NCBI GenBank assembly: GCA_964019335.1
Contig: OZ025648.1
Location: 868,001 to 932,000 of the forward strand
Source: Diplonema japonicum
Taxonomy: Eukaryota > Protista > Euglenozoa: Diplonemea
DNA: 64,000 nt
Direction: 5' to 3'
Shown here piece after piece: positions 34,777 to 45,807 of this stretch. The notes beneath the pieces are model-generated. The model was given only the letters and a program-made list of their open reading frames with translations, was not told the DNA's origin and did not search any database. A program made the position numbers and the translations under genes. Within the stretch, counting starts at the first letter, position 1, and every line of letters begins with the position of its first letter.

Positions 34777-36029
34777 ATGCAAAAGCGAGGTAAGAAAGAG
34801 AAGGATGAGGTGGTGAAGCCGAAGGTGGAGAAGACGGTGAACCTCACTTTGGACGACCTTCCTGACCCGAGCGAGCTGAAGATGAAGGAGAGCACCCTAC
34901 AGATAATGATCATTTTCCTGGTCCTCGGAATGCTTTACATTGTGGCCTTCTGTCTGAGGCTGTTTTCAGTGTTGAGATACGAGAGTATTATTCACGAGTT
35001 CGATCCCCACTTCAACTTCCGTGCAACGAAAACACTTGTATATGATGGTGTGGAGGCGTTCTACAACTGGTTCGACACTCTGGTGTGGTACCCACTCGGA
35101 AGATGGGTAGGCCACACGGTGTACCCAGGTCTTATGTTGACGTCGGGAGCGATCTACCATACTCTTCATTTTTTCCATTTCCCCATTGACATTAGGAATG
35201 TGTGTGTGTTTCTCGCACCGCTCTTTGCAGGGAACACAGCGCTGGTAACGTACATCCTCACGAAGGACTGTTGGGACTCCGGTGCGGGGTTGATCGCTGC
35301 TGCATTTGTTGCCATTGTCCCCGGGTACATCAGTCGTTCAGTTGCAGGGTCATACGACAATGAAGCCATTGCTATTTTCGCCATCATCAACACCTTCATG
35401 GGCTTTGTCAAATCTGTGAAAACCGGATCAATGAAATGGGCGGCGTACTCCGCTGTTGCGTACTGCTACATGGTTCATGCTTGGGGTGGGTACATTTATA
35501 TCATCAACCTGCTTCCCGTGTATGTGTACGGGATGGTGCTTATCGGGAGGTACTCCCACAGGTTGTATGTTGCTTACTCCACATTCTATGTTCTTGGAAC
35601 GTTGTTCTCTCTGCTTGTTCCTTTCGTCGGTTTCGCTGCTGTATTCTCGAACACGCACATGGCCGCTCCCATCGTCTTCGCGCTGCTTCAGTTCCACAAC
35701 ATTATGGGTTTCTTGAGGATGCATTTGGGTGACAAGTTGGCGTTGTTCTTCAAGAAGATGGTGTCGTTCCTTGCGTCGGGTGCGATAGCAATCTTCGCCG
35801 CGTGTCTCGCGCTTGGTGTGGTGGACATCACCAAGACGGGGCGTTTCTTTTACATGTTGAACCCCGCGGCGAACACCATCCCGATCATCGCGTCGATCAG
35901 CGAGCACCAGGCCACACCGTGGTCATCGTTCTTCTTCGATTTGTCGTTCCTCGTGCTTCTTATGCCCGTTGGGATGTACTTCTGCTTCAGAGAGTGGACC
36001 GACGGCGCGGTATGCCTAATTAACAAAAG

Positions 36030-36074
<45 letters not shown>

Positions 36075-37091
36075 TCTTCCTGCTGACGTACGGTATCACC
36101 GCTACGTACTTCGGGTGTGTCATGACCCGTTTGATCTTGGTGCTGGCGCCGGTAGCGTGCATGTTGGCTGCAATTGCTGTCTCGCGTACACTGTCATTGT
36201 TCATGAGGGATGCGCAGCGTGGGTCAAAGCAGGACAGGAACGCGGTGAGCAACGCGGCGAGCAAAACCGTCGCATGGTGTGTCACGATGCTGTTCGGGTT
36301 CCTGTTCCTGTTCTACGTGGTGCACTGCACGTGGATCACGTCGGAGGCGTACAGCTCCCCTTCTATCATCCTTCAGGCCAACGGCGCCAACGGCCAGCGT
36401 GTCATCTTCGACGACTACAGAGAAGGTTACTTCTGGCTTCAAACAAACACAGCCGAAGACGCTAAAATCATGTCGTGGTGGGACTACGGGTACCAGATGG
36501 CCTCCATGTCCAACAGGACAACGCTTGTCGACAACAACACGTGGAACAACACACACATCGCCACTGTAGGTCGATGCCTCGCATCTAGTGAGGAGGACTG
36601 TTACAGAATCATGAAGAAGCTTGATGTCGACTACGTCCTAGTCGTCTTCGGTGGGTTCATCGGATACTCCTCAGATGACATCAACAAGTTCCTGTGGCCC
36701 ATCCGAATTGGTGGATCAGTCTATCCTATGATTAAGGAGAAGGATTATCTGAATGATCACGGGGAGTACAGGGTATGGTGTTTGGAGAGGGGGGTTTTAA
36801 AAAATCTTTTGTAGGTTGATGCTGGGGCGTCGAAGCGTATGATGAACAGCATGATGTACAAGATGTGTTATCACCGTTTTGGAGAGGTACAGACCTCGTA
36901 CCAGCACCCTACGGGTTTCGACCGTGTTAGAAACGCGGTTATCGGGAGAAAGGACTTCAAGTTGAGCAAGATCCAGGTTTGTGGAAAAAATTGGGGAAAA
37001 GATTTTTAAAAAAAATAAACAGGAAGCCTTCACCACTGAGCACTGGATGGTCCGTATTTACCGTGTTAAGAAGGAGCCCAACAGGGGCTAG
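34777..37091 (+). CDS. STT3: oligosaccharyltransferase catalytic subunit STT3
   Basis: IIHEFDP, WYPLGR, SRSVAGSYDNE, SISEHQ, WWDYGYQ, DNNTWN, DINKFLW, EAFTTEHWMVRIY. Introns 36010-36073, 36773-36814, 36977-37022. Confidence 0.97.
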
Positions 37092-37567
37092 AAAGATTTG
37101 CCCCCCCCCCCCCTTTTTTTCTCTTCCCCCCCCTTTTTTTCTTTTTTTTTGAATTTTTTTAAATTAAAAAAGGAGTTGAAAAAAAAAAAGTGTATTTTTT
37201 TTCTTTCTTTTTTCCCTCACAAAGTTCTTCTTGAACTTTTTTTTTTTTTTTCCACTTCTCTGCGCTGCTTTTTTTTTTTCCTTTTTCCTTTTTTTTTTTC
37301 CTTTTTTTTTCTTCCACTTTCTACAAAAAAAAAGAAAACTCCGCGAAAAATCCACGATCTCTTCTTACCCCCCCCCCCCCCCCCATTGTAGGGAGAACGA
37401 TGAATACCGAACGTTGAATTTAAAAAAAAAGAAGAAAAAAAATTAAAAGGGGAGATAACATAAAAAAAAAGCAGAAAGAGACTTCTTTTTTTTCTCTTTT
37501 CTTTTTCCAGTGTCTTTTTTTTTTTTTTTTCTCTACAAAAAAAAACCCCCCCTTCTCAAGCCCATTC

Positions 37568-38041
37568 ATGGATCTACTGCAAGACTACAGCTCCGACGAC
37601 GAAGCACCGGCAACATATGTGTTTTGTGCAGCCGCGTTAAACAAGGAAAGCGTCGATAGAATAAAAGAAATTGCTGGTGATGCTACAGATGTAAGCACCG
37701 AACTCCACATGACGATAAAATACTGGGGCACCTTGAAAGCCTGCGGTGACCAGTTCACACCCAACACACCCGTCGTCATGGAAGCAAAAGCCCTCATAAC
37801 TGTCCCAGACAAGAAGCTCACCATCCTTGAAGTCACCACTACCGAAAAAATCTATGATGGGAGGATACCCCACATCACACTTCACTGCGAGGACAAATGC
37901 AAACCGGGTTTTTCAAACTGGGTACTAAAGGGCCTCTCAACCGACTTCTCCTACACATCGGTAAAAGGCTCTACATACGCAGTAGAGTACTGCAAGCTAG
38001 ATGGAGTGAACCTCACAGGAAACATAAAACTGTTCAAATAA
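37568..38041 (+). CDS. 2H phosphoesterase (2',3'-cyclic phosphodiesterase-like)
   Basis: Paired HxT motifs LHMTI and PHITL, followed by KPGFSN, reminiscent of the CPD domain of fungal tRNA ligase. Confidence 0.7.
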   Translation: MDLLQDYSSDDEAPATYVFCAAALNKESVDRIKEIAGDATDVSTELHMTIKYWGTLKACGDQFTPNTPVVMEAKALITVPDKKLTILEVTTTEKIYDGRIPHITLHCEDKCKPGFSNWVLKGLSTDFSYTSVKGSTYAVEYCKLDGVNLTGNIKLFK

Positions 38042-38064
38042 ATTTTAAAAAAAAAAAAAAGAAA

Positions 38065-39075
38065 ATGGACTTACCACCGCCTCCAGAACTCGGCAAAGCC
38101 GGCGACACTGCAGCCTACCGTGTGGAGGCAGATGTTGCAAGGGACAAGATTAACGTGGCAAGAGCAACAGATGGGAAATACAATGAAGCTCTCGACGCCG
38201 TTAAACGGGTTGAAGAGAAAATAGGAAAAGAAGAGGAATGGGGTAAACGGGAAGCGGCCCTTCTGGAAAAAATACAAGAGCTGGAAAATATTCGAGACGT
38301 GGAGGGAGAAGACCGGTTCTGGCAGAGGCGTAAACGGATAACAGAGAACCACCTCGACGACGCACGAGTGGAGACCGAACGCGAACGGGAACAACGAGAA
38401 AAATTCCAACACCAAGTGTACCTCGGCGAAGCTGTCGGTACAAAGATGGAGTACCGGATCAAGGAGATCGAGCTCGACAACCAACGCTTACGAAGGGTCA
38501 ACGAACTGCTAAGACGTGACGTGCAAAAGACAAACCAATACCTCCCATTCAGGGAGTACCTTGTCAACCTTTCCGCTCTGCTCAACCAGCACGAATCCAG
38601 CATCTTGTCCCTCACCAGCGAAATGGAAAAACTCACAATACTCCCAACATACTGGGAAGAAAAGGTTCAAGAGAAAAGCGATATCTACTGCGGCAAATGC
38701 AATCTCCGCATTCTCGAGGAACGAAAGGGTTCAGAGTACCCTGTTGCAATGCGCACCCGAGATGGTGGTTCCTTTGGAAACCCTTTGTTCAAGGACGAGG
38801 GGCAGCTTGTGGGTTACTCTCATGAACCTGCGGTGAGGGGAACGGACGTGGTCCCGCAGGCGGGGCGGCCTATGCCCCGCACGGTGTCGCCGACAAGAGT
38901 CCACAGCACCATCCTCCCCTCCCACTCCTCGTACTCTGGGCTGCGGTCCAACAACTTACCTGTTTCGCATGTTGTGCCCACTACCGTGTACCACCCTCAG
39001 TCGCGCTCCATGCACCCCACACCCACGTCGGGTGCTAAGATGCGGTACACCGATAATGGTTGGGTACCTGCTTGA
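38065..39075 (+). CDS. coiled-coil hypothetical protein
   Basis: ATG after A-tract; E/R/K heptad region and P/S/H-rich tail. Confidence 0.7.
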   Translation: MDLPPPPELGKAGDTAAYRVEADVARDKINVARATDGKYNEALDAVKRVEEKIGKEEEWGKREAALLEKIQELENIRDVEGEDRFWQRRKRITENHLDDARVETEREREQREKFQHQVYLGEAVGTKMEYRIKEIELDNQRLRRVNELLRRDVQKTNQYLPFREYLVNLSALLNQHESSILSLTSEMEKLTILPTYWEEKVQEKSDIYCGKCNLRILEERKGSEYPVAMRTRDGGSFGNPLFKDEGQLVGYSHEPAVRGTDVVPQAGRPMPRTVSPTRVHSTILPSHSSYSGLRSNNLPVSHVVPTTVYHPQSRSMHPTPTSGAKMRYTDNGWVPA

Positions 39076-39099
39076 GTTGTATTATAGAAAAAAAAAGTT

Positions 39100-39130
<31 letters not shown>

Positions 39131-39282
39131 GTCGTTATGAACATGTCTTGCCGTTATACGTTCTTTTTTTTTTTTTTTTTTTTTGTGCACCCTCAAGAAA
39201 AAAAAAAAAAAAAAACCTAAAGGGGGCAATCGGCAAGCATCCCACCCCCTCCTACCTACACTGTGGGCGAAGAAAATGAACA

Positions 39283-40731
39283 ATGACGGATCGATATGAA
39301 TGGGATAGGTCGCGATGGGACGGCAGAGAGTCAGATAAAGCGTATCGGCGAACGAAAAGCAACAATGAGGTGCGGGATGCGGTGTGGGGGAAGAACGTGA
39401 GGGACAACGGGAGTCACGAGAGCTGGAGGAGCAGGGAAAGAGAAAGGGAGAGGGATGAGTACTCGTGGAGGGACAGGAGGACAGAGCCCCTGACGGCGAG
39501 GTACGACACCTCACGGCGGAGCAGAACGACGGACGTGGACTCCCACAGGAGGTCCTTTGCAAACTCCCCAAGGTCTGCTTCGGACTTTTCATCATTTCTG
39601 GTGAACGAAATTGCTCTGACTCGCGAGGATAACGCGTGGCTGCAGCGTGAGATCACCGCCACCCGCCGTGACAACATCTACCACCACGACCCTAACATCT
39701 CTACACAGGTTGAGACCTCCCGCAACTACGAGCCTAGCAGGACCTCTAACCGCGAGAGCAACCGTGGCTACTCCCGCAGGGAACCGTACTTTGCGGCAAA
39801 GGCCCCTCCTGCGTCGGTCACTAGCGTCGTGTCATCTGTAAGACAGCACCCGACGCACCGCAGCCACTCCAACTCCCATCCACACGACAGGGAACACGAC
39901 AGACAACAAGAGAGGGAGCGGAAGGGGAACCACTACGGCCCGCTGGTTCACTCGCACCAAGGCCATGAGGGGAACCAAGGGCGGCAAATGCAGAACAATA
40001 ACAACTACAACCACCACCACAACCACAATCACCAGGCTGCCCCGTCTTCCTCTGTGTACAAGCAGCAAAGCGTGAGCCACAGCCACACCCACGAGGTGAT
40101 CCACCGCACCCACCAGACGGCGTCGGTTGTGTCATCGCTTGCAACGATACCCCGCGAGGCGCGTATTGCGGAAAAGGAGCCGTCCATAGCTCCTACAGAG
40201 GACACGCAGACCATGGAGAAGGAGGCTGCAGTGCTTGCGGAGCTGGACAACGATGAAACGGCGCGCACAGGGAGGGAGTCGTCGTCGTGCGGCTCAGCGT
40301 TCAGCGATGACAGTGCCGAGGAGGCAATACGAAAGAGACTAGTCGCAGAGGCATCGGAGCTAGAAGTGCTGGAAAAAGAAAACTCAAGAAAGCAAGCCGA
40401 ACAAGAGAAGAAGAAGGCTGCTGCGACTAAGGCGGCCTCCATCTTCTCGGCAGTGCTGAGATCTGCGGCACAACGTAGCGGGCAAATGGCCGTTTGCTAC
40501 ATGTGTGGCAAGCAGGTATATCACTCGGGGGGGGGGGAGGAGGGGAGAACGCACCAACAGGTTAACATCACAGAGCACCTGGCACACATTAATGCACACA
40601 ACCACCCTACTAGCAAGGACCACTCGCCCGTTCAGGACCCCCCCGATGCACTGTCCACTCCCACTGAGGTCAGAGAGTACAACGAGGAAGCTATCGGTGT
40701 GTTCTACGCTTACTGGACGGGCAGAGCTTAA
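39283..40731 (+). CDS. hypothetical protein (R/S/H low complexity, coiled coil, C-terminal CxxC...HxxxH)
   Basis: 482-aa ORF; CYMCGK...HLAHINAH. Confidence 0.7.
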   Translation: MTDRYEWDRSRWDGRESDKAYRRTKSNNEVRDAVWGKNVRDNGSHESWRSRERERERDEYSWRDRRTEPLTARYDTSRRSRTTDVDSHRRSFANSPRSASDFSSFLVNEIALTREDNAWLQREITATRRDNIYHHDPNISTQVETSRNYEPSRTSNRESNRGYSRREPYFAAKAPPASVTSVVSSVRQHPTHRSHSNSHPHDREHDRQQERERKGNHYGPLVHSHQGHEGNQGRQMQNNNNYNHHHNHNHQAAPSSSVYKQQSVSHSHTHEVIHRTHQTASVVSSLATIPREARIAEKEPSIAPTEDTQTMEKEAAVLAELDNDETARTGRESSSCGSAFSDDSAEEAIRKRLVAEASELEVLEKENSRKQAEQEKKKAAATKAASIFSAVLRSAAQRSGQMAVCYMCGKQVYHSGGGEEGRTHQQVNITEHLAHINAHNHPTSKDHSPVQDPPDALSTPTEVREYNEEAIGVFYAYWTGRA

Positions 40732-41074
40732 AGGGTTTTCTTCTTTTCTTTTTTACCCCGTCTTCTTTTTTTAGTGTTCCCTTTTTCCTTTTTTTTTTTC
40801 TTTTTTTTTTTAACAATTCACCTATTCACCCCTCTTTTCCTTAACCATAATAAAAAAAAAAAAAAATGAAGAAAAAAAAATAATAATAAAAAGAACCATA
40901 GCACCGGAACAAAATATTCATATACACCCCCCTGTAGTGTCTACTTGTTGCCCCTAATCACCTCTTCCCCTCTTGTTACCCCTGTTTCACAGTCCCCCTG
41001 TTAAAAGTTCCCCCTTTTTTTTCACAATTTTCATACAAGTAGTTTTTAAAAAAAAAGGGGGGAAGATATAAAAA

Positions 41075-42244
41075 ATGCGGCGCACAGACGCGGCAGCACG
41101 CAAGCAATCGGTGAAGAGCCGTAGCATGTCTATCGATTCGATGGCGTCGTCGAAAACTGCAACGTCTTCAGCAGCAAGGAGTGTCGTGGGAAAGCTACGC
41201 GGACGGGGGAAGAAACGCGACGACGACAAGATGAAAGGCATGCTCGCCTTTGTCGAGGAACTTGACAGAGTCAGGACCTGTTACGACGCTGAAATCTTCG
41301 CACTCCGAGAAGCCGGGAACAAAGACGAGAAGCAGATCGCAGATGTCATGGACCAAGTCGTTGAAAAAGTGTACTTACTCAAAAGATCTGAGATGCGAGC
41401 TAACGCAATCCAACAGGACTTTGAAGAGCACCAGTTAAAAGCGAAGCGACAGGAGGACAGATTGCAAGAACAACTTGTCGAGCTTTCTCAAAAACACCAG
41501 AGGGTTCTGGAGAAGTACGACGATCTGACCACAGAGAAGACATCGATGGAGAAAACCATCGAGAATTTGAAATCGGTCATCGCTAACAAGAACAGCGCGA
41601 TCGACAACCTGGAAAGCTCGCTGAGGCTGGCTCAGCACGCTTCGGTAGAAATCGAAGATTCTCTCAAAAAAGCCGTTTGTTTGGCACAACGCGACTGTGT
41701 CGATCTACGTGTGGAACACACACGACAAGAACGCGAGCTCCGGAAAAAATTGGACTGTCTTCAAGAGGAGCTACAATGCGTTATCAATGGCATCGAAAAC
41801 TCCCTCGCTGGTGTCGATAGAAAATATATTGCCGCGGAAGAGATGTCTGTATCACTTGATCTGCTTAAAATTAAATACAGAAATGTGTTGGAGGGTTGCC
41901 GGTTGAAGGCGTCACGATTCTGTGAAAGCCTTATCAACGTGTCCTCTCTTCATAGCAATATTTCCTCGGCGATTAGGAACGAGCTGCTCAAAAAGACGCC
42001 GGAGGGGCTTATCAGTCTCATAGACACCCTCTCTTTCGAGGTAAATGTGAAACAGTACCTTGAGGCCATGTACCCCTGTGCGGAGGAGAAGATTTCCCGT
42101 TACCCACACACACCTTCCGCTGCCATTCTGTTCAGGGACCTCCCCAATCGCCCGCGGTCCGCGCCTACCGCAAAGCTCTCAGGCGGACGGATCGTCGGTT
42201 CTGTGTCTTCGCTTCGGGAAGGTTCGGGAAAGGCGGTACCTTAA
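41075..42244 (+). CDS. coiled-coil hypothetical protein
   Basis: 389-aa ORF with a long heptad pattern. Confidence 0.75.
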   Translation: MRRTDAAARKQSVKSRSMSIDSMASSKTATSSAARSVVGKLRGRGKKRDDDKMKGMLAFVEELDRVRTCYDAEIFALREAGNKDEKQIADVMDQVVEKVYLLKRSEMRANAIQQDFEEHQLKAKRQEDRLQEQLVELSQKHQRVLEKYDDLTTEKTSMEKTIENLKSVIANKNSAIDNLESSLRLAQHASVEIEDSLKKAVCLAQRDCVDLRVEHTRQERELRKKLDCLQEELQCVINGIENSLAGVDRKYIAAEEMSVSLDLLKIKYRNVLEGCRLKASRFCESLINVSSLHSNISSAIRNELLKKTPEGLISLIDTLSFEVNVKQYLEAMYPCAEEKISRYPHTPSAAILFRDLPNRPRSAPTAKLSGGRIVGSVSSLREGSGKAVP

Positions 42245-42280
42245 TACTTTGGAGGCGAAAAAAAAAAAAGAGATTTTCCA

Positions 42281-42317
<37 letters not shown>

Positions 42318-42451
42318 GTTTGTCGTAAAACGTTTCTTTCCTCCCCTTTTTTTTCCTACTCCTGTTGGTTTTTTTTTTTTTAAAAAAAATTTTTTCTTCC
42401 AAAAAACAAAAACAAAAAAAAAGAGGGGGGAAGGGAGGAAAACAAAAAAGA

Positions 42452-44719
42452 ATGAGCACCGCAGCTGCAGCATGTTTCGCTGCCCTGCTCTGCTTTTCCA
42501 GCACCGCTGACGGCAAGGTGATACAAGGGAATCAAGGGATCACGTTGAACGTGACCAACGGCGGGGTGTACAGCGTGAGCGTCGACGGGAAGGTGTGGCT
42601 GGAAACACCCGCGGGCGGGGGCAACCCCATGGGATGGGACAAACAACTCACTATGAACGACATTCAGTTCAGCACAGGGTCCCTGCCAAACCTGGGCGAA
42701 TACCAATCAGCAGAGGTGACATGGAACGCAGCATCATGGAAGGTAATAACAACCTTCTATGTCCTGCAAGAAAAACCAGGCATTCTCTTTAGACAAGCTT
42801 ACCCTGACGGCGCCACCGCTGACACTCCAACTGGCTCACCGAATTCCCTAGATTATGTGGTGTCAGGCTTCCCCGAGTTCCAAGTGGGCGGCGGCGAGGT
42901 TCCTTTGAATTATTTAACTTGGAACGGAAACCAACTATTCGAGTCGAACATCTCACGATGGACCAAGGGGGTGTTCTACGGTGGGGTACAAGGCGGCTCG
43001 CCTCTATGCTTTTACAACGAATCAGCCTCTGCCATGACCCTCGGCCCGTACGACCACTTCATGACCTCCATCCACAGCAACCGACAAAACGGCCAGGTCT
43101 TCACCGCGGGCACATTGTCAACGATTCGAAAAATCCCGCAGAATTTCACGCACGACACGCTTCTTCTCATCGGCAATGGCGTCAAGGAGAGCATGGCACT
43201 GTATGGTGAAGCTCTGCTGAAGCGGACGGGCAAACCCCGACTCAACGCGTACTCCGATTTCATCCTCAGCCACTTGGGGTTCTGGACAGACCACGGATCC
43301 TTCTACTACGGTACGCACGAAGGGTACCAGAACATGGAAGACGCAATTCTCGGAGTAAAATCCGTTGCAAAAGCGAATAACATCCCCATTCAGTATTTCC
43401 AATGGGACGACTGGTGGTTCTGGCAAGGCGGAGGCGACACAGGCGGCATGATACAATGGGAACCGAAACCAGAAGTCTTCCCATCTGGTTTCACAAACTG
43501 GACAGGAACACCACTGTCTTTATATGTTGACGAGTACAACGTGAACACCATTTACCGCCACGCTCCTTACAACTACTCGTTTTTGGTCAGTGCAACTAAC
43601 AGTTTGCCTGTTGACAAGCAGTTCTACGATGACCTCTTCGCGAATGGAACAAAGATCGGGATGAAGATGTTTGAACAGGACTTCCTTTCCTCCATCCTGC
43701 TGACCGATCTGATCACATCAAATGTTGAAGACGGCGAGGCCTGGCTCAATCTCATGGGACAGGCTGCTGAAACCGCTGATGTTTCATTACAATATTGCAT
43801 GATGTACCCTATGCATGCATTGAAGAGTACGGAGGTCAACAAGGTTACCAACGGTCGTGCGTCGCGAGATGCTGTTGGTGCACCGCATCTTCACCTGGTT
43901 CTGGGTATGTCCTCCATCCTGTTAGATTCGGTTGGGATTTTCTCCTCGGCTGACAATGTATGGACAAACACCACGGAGGGGACCCAACCCAAGAGAGCCG
44001 ACCCTCACTATGAAACAGTGATATCAATGCTAATCGGTGGTCCCTATGGGTTTTCCGACCAAGCCGGAGCTGCTGATGCGTCGCTTATATCAACAACGTG
44101 CCGTAGCGATGGTATCCTACTCCGTCCTGACAGGTCGGCTACCACAATGGACATCGCCTTTAAAGTGGGGTTCTCATCTGTTGCCGCTCCGAATATTTGG
44201 TCTACATATAGTGAGGCAGCGGGGTACAGGTGGGTGTACATCTTGGGGCTGAACCTTAAGGATGGTATTGAAATAACTCCTTTGGATTTAAGTTACGACT
44301 CTGAACAGTCTTGGGTTGTGTATGATTACTGGAAGGGTCCTCAGTCCGGGCTTTCTGTTGTGACTGCTGAGAAGAATTTTACGTTTCCTGCTTGCCCTGA
44401 GCCTTCTAACCCGCCTCTTCCTACATTGGGAAGCGCATATTTCATTGCCGCGCCTGTTCTCTCTAACAATTGGGTGTATCTTGGTGAACGGAAGGTTGCC
44501 GCTGCTTCCTCGCGTCGCGTGCACGGATTGGTTTCTACGGCGTCTGATCTTTCGGTGGTTCTTCTTGCAGCTCCTTCAGAGGCGATTACAGCCTCGGTGA
44601 GGACACCTACTGGTACGGTTGTAAGCAAAAGCTGCACTGCTCTGCGTGAGACGTGCCCTGGTGCAGACTGTGCTGTCACCTTCCATTTCGACGTGAATGG
44701 CCAGGCGACTTGTTCATAG
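42452..44719 (+). CDS. secreted putative glycoside hydrolase (GH27/31/36-like TIM barrel; family unassigned)
   Basis: Signal peptide MSTAAAACFAALLCFSSTADG; IPIQYFQWDDWW, W.P....FPSG, FEQDFL, QYCM, RASRD, GPYGFSD, CRSDG.LLRPD. Confidence 0.6.
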   Translation: MSTAAAACFAALLCFSSTADGKVIQGNQGITLNVTNGGVYSVSVDGKVWLETPAGGGNPMGWDKQLTMNDIQFSTGSLPNLGEYQSAEVTWNAASWKVITTFYVLQEKPGILFRQAYPDGATADTPTGSPNSLDYVVSGFPEFQVGGGEVPLNYLTWNGNQLFESNISRWTKGVFYGGVQGGSPLCFYNESASAMTLGPYDHFMTSIHSNRQNGQVFTAGTLSTIRKIPQNFTHDTLLLIGNGVKESMALYGEALLKRTGKPRLNAYSDFILSHLGFWTDHGSFYYGTHEGYQNMEDAILGVKSVAKANNIPIQYFQWDDWWFWQGGGDTGGMIQWEPKPEVFPSGFTNWTGTPLSLYVDEYNVNTIYRHAPYNYSFLVSATNSLPVDKQFYDDLFANGTKIGMKMFEQDFLSSILLTDLITSNVEDGEAWLNLMGQAAETADVSLQYCMMYPMHALKSTEVNKVTNGRASRDAVGAPHLHLVLGMSSILLDSVGIFSSADNVWTNTTEGTQPKRADPHYETVISMLIGGPYGFSDQAGAADASLISTTCRSDGILLRPDRSATTMDIAFKVGFSSVAAPNIWSTYSEAAGYRWVYILGLNLKDGIEITPLDLSYDSEQSWVVYDYWKGPQSGLSVVTAEKNFTFPACPEPSNPPLPTLGSAYFIAAPVLSNNWVYLGERKVAAASSRRVHGLVSTASDLSVVLLAAPSEAITASVRTPTGTVVSKSCTALRETCPGADCAVTFHFDVNGQATCS

Positions 44720-44802
44720 ATGACAATCTTTAAAAAAAAAAAGAAAGAAGGGGCAAAACAGAAAAAAACCCATATATTTTTGCAGTGTTTATTGTGTTTT
44801 CT

Positions 44803-44833
<31 letters not shown>

Positions 44834-45563
44834 CCCACAGCCCTTCACGGGATAGTCCCAAGAGGAGCCGACAAAGCAGGGAAAGAACGTGCCAGGATGG
44901 TGCAACAATACCTCCTGAAAGTAGTGACAGTCCGTGACGCCAGAGCAGCGGAAAAAAGCAAGAGAGTGCTCACCTCCAACCCTTGGGATGAGGTAACGAC
45001 AGGGGGGGCAACATGATGTTCCGACGGAAGCGTTGCTGAAGGCGAACGGGGCGTCAGGCGCGGTCCTGACCTTTCATTTGAAGAACGTCCTCAAGTGGCT
45101 AAGAGGCCTACGATGGTACGATGGTAAGAAGAAAACTTCCGTCACTACAATGGAACTCGCCATAGACTATGAGCAGACCACCCGCCGGGCACTCATAGGT
45201 CCCCTCGACGATCAAGACCTGCTCACGGAGAAGGCCGCAAGGATGCGATACATCTTGGGTCGCATCCAGAAATGCTCAGCACGCTGTGGAAGGTCAGCCT
45301 TCCCCGCCAACGCGGGTGCATACCCTTCGACATCTTGGGGGCCCGACGGCACACGGCTACGACAGGAGACCACTCTTCTCCTCGAGCCAAACCCCCCCCT
45401 ACCTAGCACGACTCCAAGCAATGTTTCTCGCCCAGATGTCGTCCATCTCATCGCGACAAACAGCCACCGCAGGCACCAGACAGCAACCGCAGAACGGTGA
45501 CCGATTAGTGTGAATTTCTACCTGAACAGTGAGCACCCCCATGCACACTGAAATTTTATCGAG
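44834..45563 (+). mobile_element. 5'-truncated non-LTR retroelement-like fragment, family A
   Basis: Disrupted frame LHGIVP...MVQQYLLKVV..R...NPW...LKWLRGLRWYDG...VTTMELAIDYEQTT; second copy at 33143-33360; T-tracts on both sides. Confidence 0.7.
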
Positions 45564-45641
45564 TTTTTTTTTTTTTGTTCTTCAACGTTTTTTTTTTTTT
45601 TTTTTTTTTTTTTTTTGTTTTTGTTTTTGTTTTTGTTTTCC

Positions 45642-45686
45642 CGCCCCCTGTAATCAAGTAGACAGTTCTTGTTGAAGGGCGCCATT
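45642..45686 (+). repeat. family C fragment
   Basis: CGCCCCCTGTAATCAAGTAG..AGTTC.TG matches ~22520-22550. Confidence 0.6.
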
Positions 45687-45807
45687 CTTTTATCTCGTGA
45701 TAAAAAAAATATTTTCTTTTTTTTTTTCTTTTTTCATTTCAAAGACAATAACCCTACCAAAAAAAAAAAAAAAAGTGGGGGAAAAAAAAAAGGGGTGTGG
45801 GGAGGGC

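Noticed and set aside
45033-45500. Functional 155-aa host gene
   Set aside because: No ATG start, upstream frame disrupted, and a deleted second copy exists; better explained as a retroelement remnant.
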